Origin: Octopus vulgaris
Taxonomy: Eukaryota
DNA length: 64,000 bases
Assembly: GCA_951406725.2 (NCBI GenBank)
Contig: OX597839.1
Span: 33,480,001-33,544,000, forward strand
Direction: 5' to 3'
Shown: piece by piece, positions 27,663 to 40,904 of the stretch
Layout of the letters: each line of letters opens with the position of its first letter
Numbering within the stretch: position 1 is the stretch's first letter
Translations under genes and position numbers: made by a program
Notes under the pieces: model-generated
What the model was told of the DNA's origin: nothing
The model's input: only the letters and a program-made list of their open reading frames with translations
The model's database searches: none

Positions 27663-27764
27663 ATCGTTCCAGATAATCCGATCAACGGAACAGCATGCTC
27701 GTGAAATTAACAAGTGGCTGAGTACTCCACATACACGTGCACCCTTAATATAGTTCTCAGGGAG

Positions 27765-27955
27765 GAGGTGACGAGTAGGCAGAATCGTTAACACGCCGGG
27801 CGAAATGCCTTTCATCCTTTCGGGGTCGATAAATTAAGTACCAGTTACGCACTGGGGTCGATGTAATCGACTTAATCCGTTTGTCTGTCCTTGTTTGTCC
27901 TCTCTGTGTTTAGCCCCCTGGTGGGTAATAAAGAAATAGGTATTTCGTCTGTCTT
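27765..27955 (+). mobile_element. SINE family B (internally deleted) ending in the concatemer junction
   Basis: ...AAAGAAATA|GGTATTTCGTCTG at ~27938. Confidence 0.8.
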
Positions 27956-28007
27956 CACAAATTATATTGTCTCACCGTTGCTATAAAAACTGCTTGGTTT
28001 AAAAGAG

Positions 28008-28060
<53 letters not shown>

Positions 28061-28083
28061 TTGTGTATGTGTATGTGTATGTT

Positions 28084-28114
<31 letters not shown>

Positions 28115-28318
28115 CTGTGTGTATGCGTTTGTCTCCCTGCCATCTCTTGACAACCGATGATGGTGTGTTTACGTCCCCAGAACTTAGCGGTTCGGCAAAA
28201 GTCAGCGATAGAATAAGTACTAGGCTTACAAAGAATAAGTCCTTGGGTCGATATGCTCGATCGACTAAAGACGGTGCTCCAACATGGCCGCAGTCAAATG
28301 ACTGAAACAACTAAAAGA

Positions 28319-28320
<2 letters not shown>
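28115..28320 (+). mobile_element. Family A SINE 3' half
   Basis: Homology to 62-270. Confidence 0.85.
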
Positions 28321-28357
<37 letters not shown>

Positions 28358-28431
28358 AAATATTAGGGAATAAATCCAAACTTACAGGGAAAAATCAGAT
28401 TTAGGATTGAATCCAATTTTATAGTAAAATA

Positions 28432-28700
28432 TTATATTATATTAAATTAGAGATAAAACCCACTATTAGGCAAATCATACAATGAAAAACTTAAGCCAAT
28501 ACATATGATTAATTAATTTATATTATTTTAAATATATATCAAAATTATTAAAAAATATATCAAAACTATTAAAAAAAGATAATTATCTTTTTTTAATAAT
28601 TTTGATATATATTTAAAATAATATAAATTAATTAATCTTATGTATTGGCTTAAGTTTTTCATTCTATGATTTGCCTAATAGTGGTTTTATCTCTAATTTA

Positions 28701-28712
<12 letters not shown>
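28432..28712. repeat. Fold-back palindrome, arms of about 130 bp, between TA tracts
   Basis: Centre GATAATTATC at 28578-28587; left arm carries a short internal duplication. Confidence 0.9.
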
Positions 28713-28747
<35 letters not shown>

Positions 28748-29080
28748 AGTTATTTCCGAGTTCACAAGGGAGAGGAATTCAATTTAGTGTTACTAAAATG
28801 AATTTCTCGCTGTATTATATACACATATATAGATAGGTTTAAGAGACAGAGCCACCTTCAAGCAACTCAATCAACATTGAACGACATTATCTATGGCAGA
28901 GTTATATAAGATTAAATTTTATCAAAATTAATATTTACAATTACTATTCTGAATCATATATTAAATTCTGAGTTCAATTCCAGTGCGTGGCACCTTTAGC
29001 AAATATGTTTCTACTACAGCCTCGGGCCGACTAAAACGTTGTGAGTGGATTTGGTAGAAAGAAACTGGAAGAAGTCCATG

Positions 29081-29146
<66 letters not shown>

Positions 29147-29272
29147 TCATTTTCCTTACGTTGAATGTAACGTTATTTCTTATTGGAAACAACTTTTTAG
29201 TGGATATACCAGAAAAAGGAGCTATTTTTAGCACTAGAGTTAACCACTTAGCGGTAACTCTCTAATATTTAA

Positions 29273-29340
<68 letters not shown>

Positions 29341-29342
<2 letters not shown>

Positions 29343-29515
29343 CGGGAAGGTTTACGAAAATAAACAAAAGACGAAGGCAGTACAAACAAACAAATGTGGA
29401 GTACAAACAAACAAATGTATTAGTATGGCGCTCAGGAATAGAAATAGAACAAGCCTTTTACGTTTCGAGCCTACGCTATTCGACAGAAAGATACACAGAA
29501 AAGAAACAAGGAGAG
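29341..29515 (-). mobile_element. Family H1 element with hammerhead-like motif at 29454-29491
   Basis: Minus strand TCTTT-CTGTCGA-A-TAGC-GTAG-GCTC-GAAAC-GTA-AAAGG; abuts (TA)n. Confidence 0.7.
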
Positions 29516-29631
29516 CCTTGACCAAAATTATGGAGAAGGTACAAAAAAGTAGAGAATATGAATGAAACTCATTTATTTAATAATAGAAAACAGTGTAATA
29601 AACATTCTACATTCTGTCCCATCAATAATCC

Positions 29632-29735
29632 ATATTTGATGCGCCCCGCTTTTGCTTTTATAATCGCTTTGATGCGTTTTTGCATACTTGAGACTAAGTT
29701 GGCACATGTGGCGGGGTCAGTGTTTTCTGCCACTC
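29632..29735 (-). pseudogene. Tc1 transposase C-terminal remnant
   Basis: Translates AENTDPATCANLVSSMQKRIKAIIKAKAGRIKY, matching the Tc1 LVxSMPxRxxAVIxAKGGxTKY motif. Confidence 0.75.
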
Positions 29736-29817
29736 TTCATGAATTTTGGCTCCTAATTCGCTTTTGGAAGACCATTTGAGACAGATATCATTTGTGACAC
29801 AGTTGCTCCGTATGGTA

Positions 29818-29856
29818 TACACTTTTGAAAATCTAAGATGAAACCGGTCAAGTGTA
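29818..29856 (+). ncRNA. Degenerate minimal hammerhead motif
   Basis: TACACTT-TTGAAA-ATC-TAA-GAT-GAAAC-CG-GTC-AAGTGTA; perfect 7-bp helix I, core mutated. Confidence 0.55.
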
Positions 29857-30050
29857 TTCCTGTCTGATTCAATTCTAATTAAATTCTAACTAATCATAAT
29901 TAATTCTAAGAAATTCTTTGTAAATTTTCAACATCTTCTAGTCCTCTACTTCTTTGGATTAATAACAATTCACACACACACACACACACATATATTTACA
30001 TATATAAACATATTTATAATATATATATATATATATATAAATATATATAA

Positions 30051-30085
<35 letters not shown>

Positions 30086-30779
30086 TATATAAATATATAT
30101 AAATATATATATATATATGTATATATATGCATACATATATATATGCATATATATACATATATATACATATAAAACAAGAAGTAAAAGGAATTGATAAATC
30201 CAGTGAGGTATTTTGAAAGCACTCAGCGATAAACGAACTTGGTTAACTACATCAAACAATCAGATACCAACAAATTCAAACAGAATCAACATCTCAAGTA
30301 ATTCCTCGCTTATGATAGCTAAATCCAAAGATCGCTTTGAAGAATTTCAAGAAATCTACAGTATATAACAAGAATAAAAATGGAGAAAAATCGCAGTTTT
30401 AATTGATGGTTACGAAATACATTATTGCGATCGATTCTATTGTGTCAGAAAATTTAGATATAGAAAAACAGGACCAAAAATACCCTTCAAACGAATATAA
30501 ACGGAAGTTTATGCTAACACAATGTTATCTAGGTGAGCTAGCTTTTCTTAGAATTTTATATTTCTTCTTAAGGTTCTTTTTCTGTGTTCGTATATTTTAG
30601 ATATTTGCTCGGTTCTCTTTGAATTCAACCAATTTTGGATTGTCTTGATAACTTTGTGTTAGCTTAAATATTCGAATATGTTGGGTTGGATGGTGCTTTA
30701 TATAGCTTCGTTCTATATCTAAATATGCAGGCATATTTTACACTTTACGATCGTTCGTAAAGTGTAAACATCAATTAAA

Positions 30780-30839
<60 letters not shown>

Positions 30840-30948
30840 TTGAAAATGGATGCGTGGCGTTCAGTTAAATAATAAATAGTAAATAATATATATATATATA
30901 TTTATATATATATATATTCAAAATAAGCAACAAGATATCAAGAGGTGG

Positions 30949-31034
30949 TGCAGCACGACCGTTTCAAGTAACTCCATTTAATTGAACAATGCAACCATTA
31001 CATCAATTTAAATGCAGGGCTATCCTCAGCTGCA
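30949..31034 (-). ncRNA. Type I hammerhead motif with long helix II; cleavage triplet GUG (probably inactive)
   Basis: TGCAG-CTGAGGA-(hairpin CATTTAAATTGA...TCAATTAAATG)-GAAAC-GGTC-GTG-CTGCA. Confidence 0.65.
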
Positions 31035-31429
31035 TAAATAATAGAATTTTTTAATCAGTTGGACACATTAATATAATTTTACTTAAATTTTCTGATAGAG
31101 CAAGAAGAGGGGAAAAGTCCATGTTGCTACTAATGAAGCTCAAAATATACTTCACTTCTAAGAACTGTATGAAGTTTGTTAGGGTCATAGCTTGTAACGG
31201 ATTGTGGTTAATTTTTAATATATTAGTCTTTATTATATCAACTACCAAATCTAAGGATAGAGAGCAGTGTCTGTTAAAAAGGGATAGACGGAGTGAGTTG
31301 ACAGTTTATAGTCGGGTATGGTCATAAATATTGTCAGGGTATCAGGAAATGTGTAAGTAATTGTCTATAAAGGAGGCTGGGTAGGGGAAGACCCTTAATC
31401 AAGATGTTAATTACCAGTTAAAGGGGCTC

Positions 31430-31604
31430 TACACACGTTCCTTCCAAGCACTGATGCAAACGGTGGAAGTGAGCTAGAACGTTAAATCTTAGTGCGCATG
31501 CACAGAAGAATCCAAGGTCAAATCTGTGCCAAGCAGCTTCACTCTGCATGCTTTAGCCTCGTTACTGTGGCAACAGTCCGGATACTAATTGATCAGACCA
31601 CGTA
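31430..31604 (-). mobile_element. mariner-type terminal fragment (TIR plus TA)
   Basis: Minus strand begins TA-CGTGGTCTGATCAATTAGTATCCGGACTG, similar to mariner TIRs. Confidence 0.6.
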
Positions 31605-31725
31605 TATATATATATATATATATATGACGCGTATATATATATGCATTTATACAAGCATATATATGTGTACTTATATATAAATATATACATGTATGTGAAA
31701 TATGTATATGTTGTGTATGTATGTA

Positions 31726-32029
<304 letters not shown>

Positions 32030-32210
32030 TGTGTGTGTGTGTATATATATATATTTAGAAATACAAAATGGGACAAGAACGCAAAACATCCAGATAGACG
32101 ATACAAAAAACACGGACGGGTCATTCGAAGCCTTTAATCTTCAGTCAAGAACCGGATCATCCTCGCAATTTCGGCTGATTAATCTTGAGATTGCTCCAAT
32201 CTGGCCAGCC

Positions 32211-32258
<48 letters not shown>

Positions 32259-32444
32259 TAAAAAAATGGAGTTAACGCAAGTGTAATCAAATATTTTTAC
32301 TTTCGACACATGTTTCGAAAATTCCACTGATACTATTCAAAAGAATAAAAGGTATAAACAATGCAATCTTGTGAGATTTTTGCTGCCCTGGTAACTATTT
32401 ATTTATTTTTCCGTGTTAATTGTTAACAAGGTAAAAATACACTC

Positions 32445-32596
<152 letters not shown>

Positions 32597-33579
32597 ATAT
32601 ATGACATGCACACACACTGACCAATATCCGTGTATAATTAGGTTCCTTCCCGTTGCTATTAATAATCACATCTTATAACACACTTGGCTTCTTTCTTTCT
32701 TACTTGCTTTATTTCTGTTTGTCATTTTGCTTAGAATTTCCAATAGTTTTACCACCATTAATTTCTTCTCCACCACCACCACCGCCACCGCCACCACCAC
32801 CACCACCACCACCACCACCACCACCACCAACACCACCACCAACACCACCACCACTACCGCCACCACCACCGCCGCCACCACCACCGCCGCCACCACCACT
32901 GCTGTTGATGTTGGTTGTATTAGTTCTGTGCTTCTAGAAATGACGCTCGTTAGGCGTGTGACTATATCCGAACTTCAACCCCCCCCCCATGTTTTTATAC
33001 ACACACACACACATGCACACATACATCACACACGTATACACACATGAACACACACATGAACACACACACGTACACAGACACGCATGCACACACACACATA
33101 CACACGCACACACATGAACACTCACATGTACACAGACACACACGCACACGTAGACGTACACAGAGACACACACATGTACACAGACACACACGCACATACA
33201 CATAAACACATAGCTACACAGGCACACACACACACACACACACACACACGTACAAACACATGTACAGATACACAAAGACGCGCACAAGTAAGCAAACGCA
33301 CACACATGTGCACAGAGACACAGACACACACACACACGTACATACACAAACACAAACGCACACACGCACATACGCACACGTATGTATATATTTATGCGTG
33401 TGTGTGTGTGTGTAGGGGGTACGTGTGTATGTGTGTCTGTGTGCCTATGTGCAAGCGTGCATGTGCGTCTGTGTTCGTCTGTGTGTATACGTGTGTGTGT
33501 GTGTGTGTAGGAATGTGCATGTGTGTATTGCATTGTGTGTGTATGTATATCCGTGAATGTACGCCATTTTACATGGATG

Positions 33580-34250
33580 AAGGCGACAAGATGGCAGAAC
33601 CCTTAGCGCGTTGGACAAAATGCTTAGCGGTATTTCACCTGTCGCTGTGTCCTGAGTTCAAATTCCACTGAGGTGTGACTTTGCCTTTCATCCTTTCAGG
33701 ATCAATAAATTAAGTACCAGGGAAACATTGGGGTCGATGTAATCGACTAGTCCCCTCTCTAGAAATATAGGCCTTGTACCTCCAGTGCAAAGAATTATTT
33801 TATAAAGTCGGAGGTGAAAGTGAAGAAGACAAAGAAGAAACAGAGAGAAAAGGAGAGAGAAAGAGGAAGGGGAGGTGTGAGTGGTGGAGGGGAAGAGGGT
33901 GTAGAATAAAGAGAGAGAGAGAGAGAGTAAGGAAAGAGTGTCTAGAGTGTATGAATGTGTTTGTGTCAATATGTGTGTATTTATTTAGGCGGCGAGCTGG
34001 CAGAAACGATAGCACGCCGGGCGAAATACTTAGCAGTATTTCGTCCGCCGTTAAGTTCTGAGTTCAAATTCCGCCGAGGTCGACTTTGCCTTTCATCCTT
34101 TCGGGGTCGATAAATTAAGTACCAGTTACGCACTGGGGGCCAATCTAATCGACTTAATCCGTCTGTCTGTCCTTGTTTGTCCCCTCTATGTTTAGCCCCC
34201 AGTGGGCAATAAAGAAATCAGAAACGTTAGCACGCCGGGCTAAAAGCGTA
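33580..34250 (+). mobile_element. Two family B SINEs (33580-33790 old; 33987-34250 younger)
   Basis: Head and central domain homology. Confidence 0.85.
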
Positions 34251-34251
34251 G

Positions 34252-34279
<28 letters not shown>

Positions 34280-34282
<3 letters not shown>

Positions 34283-34451
34283 CGACGGGCTTCTTTCAGT
34301 TTCCGTCTACCAAATCCACTCACAAGACTTTGGTCGGCCCGAGGCTATAGTAGAAAACACTCACCCAAGGTGTCACGCAGTGGGACTGAACCCGGAACCA
34401 TGTGGTTGGTAAGCAAGCTACTTACCACACAGCCACTCCTGCGCCTATATA

Positions 34452-34517
<66 letters not shown>

Positions 34518-34685
34518 CGACGGGCTTCTTTCAGTTTCCGTCTACCAAATCCACTCACAAGACTTTGGTCGGCCCGAGGCTATAGTAGAAGACACTTACC
34601 CAAGGTGTCACGCAGTGGGACTGAACCCGGAACCATGTGGTTGGTAAGCAAGCTACTTATTACCACACAGCCACTCCTGCGCCTA
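34280..34685 (-). mobile_element. Tandem duplicated 5' halves of a family A SINE separated by a TA tract
   Basis: 34280-34445 is nearly identical to 34517-34685; both share the GACTTTGG and CCCAAGGTGTCA variants. Confidence 0.9.
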
Positions 34686-36151
34686 TATAAATATTTTAAA
34701 CATTAGCGACCTGTCTATAGATATTAACCGTCTGTTTTGATTTCAGCCAAACATTTCATGTTTATGTATCTGGTTTGCAAAATTCTTTCTGTGAATTCTT
34801 GTGTTGAAACGAATGATGCTGTGCCAAGGGAGAGTCTATCCATTGATTCGGTTGCAAATGCAGCGACGAAAAAAAGCTTTCTGGAATAAATAAATAAATG
34901 AGTGGAAAATGAACCGGCGGGTGTGTTATATTAAGGCACGACGACTCTCCCTGGACACATCTCACTTTTAATGTTCGGAGTTGAATTATTCATTGAGAGG
35001 AGACCAAATTCTGCAAACAACCTGTTTCATTCAATAAAGAGATTTCTTTTGTCTCTCTCATTTTTTTTTTCGTTTTTGCTTTTTCTACCCGCCACCCCTA
35101 TTACTTTTATTGATGAAAATTTTCCTATTACTAAATCATGAACAAACAAGAGGAGTAACTCTGGGCAAATTGTGTTAACACTGCAAAATGTTGACAGGTT
35201 AATGATCTCCAAAATTCCGCCAACAGCACACATGAAACAGAAGGAAACTCAACAAGTTACACATTTTTCGTTAATAAATTTGTTTTCAAGACTACAAACT
35301 CCATTTCTATTCTACTAACCATTTTATTTTGTTTCTCTGGTGTGTTCTAGCCCGAAGGACGCGGCCATGCTGGAATCTTTTACTTCTCTTTTCCTTTCTT
35401 TTTCGCTCACTGTGTGAAAATTATTATCAAATGTCACAATCCTGTGTTCTTTTAACAAGATCAAGAAAATAATTTTCGAAAGTCTTTTCCACTTATCTAA
35501 ATTTTTAAAGTAAGCTTATAAAATCGTGATTGCCCTCAACTTAATCATTCTGTTCTTTTAAGCGAAGAAGCAAACTTATTTTAAATGTGAACGATGAGAA
35601 GCCATAATTTCATCTTGGATGCATTTATTCTGTATATGTATGTGTATGTCTGTGTGTGTATCAAAAGGATGTGTTAAAAACAGCCAAACCAACAATCCAA
35701 CATACCTCCATCATCAGCTGCCCCACGGATATCATTATGGTTTCGACACCTTATTACTTTTCTCTTATTTCTTTCTTATCATTTTTCCCGAGCGTCCAAC
35801 TAATACACTTGCTTGTTGCTCATACACATGTCTTCGTCTTTTGTTTTTCAATAAATTTCAACTTTGCGCAGCGCTTCCCAACCGTTGTTGGTGAGTTTAT
35901 GTCCCAGTAACTTCGAAACTTAGCAGTTTGGCAAAAGGACCAACCGATTAAAGTAGCAGGCTTAAAAATGAATGCCTAAAATTCTCTTTGGCAGTGCTCC
36001 AGCATGACCGCGATGCAATGGATAAAACAAGTAAAAAAAAGATATGAAATTTATACATACATAATTTATATAGGATATATATATATATATTTGCATATCA
36101 CATATATATATATATACACATTTATATGTATATGTATATGTGTATGTATAT

Positions 36152-36203
<52 letters not shown>

Positions 36204-36383
36204 TTATATGTATATGTATATATACATATATAAATATATGTATGTATATATATATATGTATATATATATATGTATATGTATGTATGCATATATATTTGTA
36301 TGTATGTATATAAGTCTTTCCTTGTTTGTTTTGCAAAATAGTGGTTTTGTCTCTAATAATATTTTATATGTATATATATACAT

Positions 36384-36432
<49 letters not shown>

Positions 36433-37132
36433 TATAAATACATTTATTCATAAATGTATATATATATATATACACATACTCATATACATATAAATGTGTA
36501 AATGTGTATATATATATATACACATATACACATATACATATATATATATATATATATCCTTTATCCATTACTGGTTTCAGCTCAGGGCTGAGGTCATGCT
36601 GGTGCAACACTATATTCTATATTTACACATTTCTGCAAAATTTATACATGCTTTTGTATATACTAACTACGAACCAACAACTGCAAACGCTGTAAATTCA
36701 AAAAAAAAAAAAATCAAACAAAAAAAAAAGACCCTGTGATTGCGATGACTGGTTTTGATGAGCTGAAAACGTAAACCAAATCGCCTTTGGCTCTCACGAA
36801 AAGCAATCACCGTTCCACGTCACAAGTTTGTCTTTCGCTATGGATTTTATCTATTAATGATGTGTTTCGTCTAATTTACTATTTCGTAAATAAACACACA
36901 CACGTGTGCACAAGCACCACCACCCCACACACACACGCACAAAGATATGAGGACAAGCAGTTACGCATGCGCTCGCTGAGGTTCATAACTATGATGGCCG
37001 TCCCCCGAGAATATTGTTTCGAATCTGAACGAGATCGTTCAGAAGGGAATCGTAAGAAAAATCGCTTCACAGCTCACCGCGCCCCAGCTTCAGCAATGAA
37101 CTCATACCAAAACAAATAAGCACACACACACA

Positions 37133-37238
<106 letters not shown>

Positions 37239-37279
37239 ACGAAATGACACGCAACTAAACATTTACAAATTTCCTTTCT

Positions 37280-37710
37280 GATTTCAAATTTTGGCAGAAG
37301 GACAGCAATTCCGAGGGAGGCAGAAATCGATTACATCGACTCCACTGGTACTTATTTTATCGACCCTGAAAGGATGAAAGGCAAAGTGAACCACGGCAGA
37401 GTTTGAGCTCAGAATGTAAAGACGGACGAAATGCCGCTAAGCATGTTTTTCCGGCATGCTAGCGTTTCCGCCAACTCGCCGCCCTCATTTCAAATTTCAG
37501 CACAAGGCCAGCAATTTCGGAGAGGGGAGGGGGGTCAGTCGATTAGATCGACCCTAGTGCATAACTGGTACTTTTTTTTCATCGATCCTGAAAAAAAATG
37601 AAAGGTAACGTCGACCTTGGCGGAATTTGAACTCAGAACGTTAAGACGGGAGAAATGCCACAAAGCATTTCCCTTGGTGTGCTAACGATTCTGCCAGTTC
37701 GGTGCCTCAT
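37280..37710 (-). mobile_element. Two old family B-related SINEs
   Basis: ATCGACCCTGAAAGGATGAAAGGCAAAG central domain present twice. Confidence 0.75.
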
Positions 37711-37855
37711 GCAGTCCTCCATATTAAATGCAAAAACCAAATATATGCTCTTTTACTCTAGGCACAAGGCCCGGAAATTGTGTGGGTGTCTGTCTGTCTG
37801 TCTATACGTACGCATATATGTGTGTGCGCTCGGGCGTGTGTATGAATAGGTATTA

Positions 37856-38175
37856 GTGGAGGCGCGTGGATTAGTGGTTGGTGCTTTCGGCTCAGGATTG
37901 TGATGTCTTGAGTTCGATACCCGGTAGCGCCTTGTGTCCTTGAGCAAGACTATTTCACGTTGCGCCAATCCTCTCAGCTGACAAATGAATTGTACATGCG
38001 TTTCAAAGGGGCCAACTTTGTCACATTCTGTGTCACGCTGAATCTCGCCGAGAACTACGTTAAGAGTACACGTTTCTGTGGAGTACTCAGCCACTTGCAC
38101 GTTAATTTCACGAGCAGGCTGATCCATTGATCGGATGAACTGGAACCCTCGTCGTCGCGACCGACGGAGAACCAG
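37856..38175 (+). mobile_element. Chimeric SINE: tRNA head + CORE-like domain + family C 3' half
   Basis: GTGGAGGCGCGTGG head, GAGTTCGATACCC B box, CCTTGAGCAAGAC CORE, then TTTCAAAGGG...GACCGACGGAG tail. Confidence 0.8.
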
Positions 38176-38272
38176 CTTTATGAGTACTTGTCTGTATTAT
38201 TTATGTGTTTACGTTCCTGCCGACCTAAAAAAATTATCGGTTTATGTCCAGTAACTTAACGGTTCGACAAAT

Positions 38273-38820
38273 GTGGAAGCACTCCGTCGGTTACGACGAC
38301 GAGGGTTCCGGTTGATCCGAATCAACGGAACAGCCTGCTCGTGAAATTAACGTGTAAGTGGCTGAGCACTCCACAGACACGTGTACTCTTAACGTAGTTC
38401 TCGGGGATATTCAGCGTGACACAGAGAGTGACAAGGCCGGCCCTTTGAAATACAGGTACAAGAGAAACAGGAAGTAAGAGTGAGAGAAAGTTGTGGTGAA
38501 AGAGTACAGCAGGGATCACCCCCCCCCCTGCCGGAGCCCCTTGGAGCTTTTTTAGGTGTTTTCGCTCAATAAACACTCACGGTCTGGGAATCGAAACCGC
38601 GATCCTATGACCGCGAGTCCGCTGCCCTAACCACTGGGCCATTGCGCCTCCACGGTGAAAGAGTACAGCAGGGATCGCCACCATCCCCTGCCGGAGCCTC
38701 GTGGAGCTTTTTTAGGTGTTTTCGCTCAATAAACACTCACAACGCCCGGTCTGGGAATCGAAACCGCGATCCTATGACCGCGAGTCCGCTGCCCTAACCA
38801 CTGGGCCATTGCGCCTCCAC
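38273..38820 (-). mobile_element. Family C tRNA-derived SINE with duplicated 5' head, in a 12-bp TSD
   Basis: A box TGGCCCAGTGG, B box GTTTCGATTCC; extra head at 38653-38820; TSD GGTTCGACAAAT at 38261-38272 and 38821-38832. Confidence 0.9.
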
Positions 38821-39233
38821 GGTTCGACAAATATACATCAATAAAATAAGTTGCATACTGAACAATAAAAAAAACCCCCAAAAAAACAAAAGAAAAAAGC
38901 TTTCTGAATTTCATATGGATCGCCTTGGGGCGATGGAAGTCGATGCTCCAGCATGGTCGCACACCAATTATTGAAAATATTAAATGACACGAAACTTGTT
39001 AAAATACGTAATTTTAATTAATGATGTAAGGAAACGCTAGGAAATGTAGAAATAACCAGTTCAATGATTGTCAATATAATTAATGTATTGAACAATCAGA
39101 TTGGTTGTGTTAATTAAAAATCTCAGTGAGACGCTGCAACGACAGGTTCAATGACTTCTCTTAATAAGACCTGGCCAAAAAAGAATTAATTAATATAAAT
39201 TAAGTTTGGTAAAGTATGGCAATAATCTCAGAA

Positions 39234-39268
<35 letters not shown>

Positions 39269-39461
39269 GAAGTTTGCTTTCCAATCATACGTTCCGTTCT
39301 GGGTTCAAATTCCGCCGAGGTCGTGTTTGCCTATCATCTTTTCAGAATCGATAAAATTAATACCAGTTGAGTATTGGGGTCGATCTAATCGATTTAATCC
39401 TCAATCGACTAAAATTATTGGTCTTGTGCCAAAATTCGAAACTATTGTTATTATTATTATT

Positions 39462-39915
39462 TTTTTCTTCTTCTTTCAAATTTGCTTCCATTTCTTGCCG
39501 AGTGTCTTCCCGACTCCTAGGGCAAAGAAACCCATAGTATACATTGGTAGGCCATTAAACTAAACTCACTAGTTCGTTCTTTTTTTTTTTTTGATAGAAA
39601 TAAAGTTAAATTAAAATACATGGGTAGTAATAGTTCTCACATCGACAATGCTCTTCTCAATACGTTTAATGTACCAGTTAAGACAATCTTTTGCACTTCT
39701 TGCAGGGATGGTAAGCCAGGGATCATTCTCATATAATTTTCGGTTCCCTTCTTGATCATTCCTAGTGCTCCTACGATCACTGGTATTGTAACCGCCTTGA
39801 GATGCAACATTTTCTCAATTTCAATGAGCAGGTCTTTATATTTTCTGAGCTTGTCAAACTCTTTCGCCGAGATATTATAATCACAGGGGATGCTCATGTC
39901 GATCAATAAGCAAAC

Positions 39916-39917
<2 letters not shown>
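39462..39917 (-). mobile_element. R4/Dong-like retrotransposon 3' end (RLE plus 3'UTR) in (TAA)n
   Basis: KVCLLIDMSIPCDYNISAKEFDKLRKYKDLLIEIEKM...IPVIVGALG...QKIVLTGTLNVLRRALSM*; TAA repeats on both sides. Confidence 0.9.
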
Positions 39918-39972
<55 letters not shown>

Positions 39973-40173
39973 GGCATTGTTATATATATTTATAAATACG
40001 TGCGTTTTCATGCTTCCTTCTTTTCTTTCTTTAAGACCCAAAATATACAATGTCTCCCCACCCCATGTTAGATTAAGGTCTTCTATAACCGGCCCTTTTT
40101 GTATGTATCCTATCAGTTTTTGTATATATGCTAATAGTTATCTCAACATGTATTTCTAATCGGTGTATCTTTA

Positions 40174-40232
40174 CTACCCCTGAAGAGATTCGGCTTAGAA
40201 TGATTTCTGAATCGAAACAGCTGTCAGAGATG
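40174..40232 (+). ncRNA. Type I hammerhead ribozyme motif
   Basis: CTGAAGA-GATTCGG-(loop)-CTGAATC-GAAAC-AGCT-GTC^; canonical core and palindromic helix III, helix I weak. Confidence 0.75.
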
Positions 40233-40440
40233 TCACATTTTATAATTAATAAATAATCTTATCAACTACTTCTCCATTTTCTCCTTAACCTTTAAATATA
40301 CGAACCATGGTTTATATGGTTACCTTATAGTTGAACTTTCTATGGATTGTTAACTAACCAGTATTTTCATTGGGTTTATGATCCCTTAATGAGGTTTATT
40401 ATCTTTACTTCTCCCGTCTGACCATTCTGTCCGAGTCAGA

Positions 40441-40904
40441 CGCCATGATAGATCGTTAGCTACTACACACATTTTTTCTCTCCTTGTTTCTCTCCTTATT
40501 TTTTTCTGTGTATCTTTCTGTTGAAGAGCGTAGGCTCGAAACGTAAAAGACTTTTTCTATTCCTGGGCGCTATACTAATACATCTGTTTGTTTTGTACTC
40601 CACCTGCCTTCGTCTTTGTTTATTTTCGTAAACTTTCCCTTTATATATACATACATACAGATATATATATATACACATACCATTAAAACTAAAGATACAC
40701 CCATACACCACTAAAGACACATGCCTGTATATAGCCACTACACACATTTTTTCTCTCCTTGTTTTTCCTGTGTATCTTTCTGTAGAAGAGCGTAGGCTCG
40801 AAACGTAAAAGACTTTTTCTATTCTTGAGCGCTATACTAATACATCTGTTTGTTTTGTACTCCACCTGTCTTCGTCTTTTGTTTATTTTCGTAAACTTTC
40901 CCTT
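40441..40904 (+). mobile_element. Two tandem family H1 elements, each with a hammerhead-like motif (40513-40550, 40775-40812)
   Basis: TCTTT-CTGT(T/A)GA-A-GAGC-GTAG-GCTC-GAAAC-GTA-AAAGA occurs twice, 262 nt apart. Confidence 0.75.

Noticed and set aside
31051-31327. Short ORFs next to the 30949 hammerhead as a PLE coding remnant
   Set aside because: No diagnostic motif recognisable with confidence
37024-37043. 20-bp palindrome TCTGAACGA-GA-TCGTTCAGA near a CGCATGCGC motif
   Set aside because: Short and single; could arise by chance in 64 kb
38745-38820. tRNA-like sequence with A and B boxes
   Set aside because: SINE head: no acceptor stem and continuous with the SINE body
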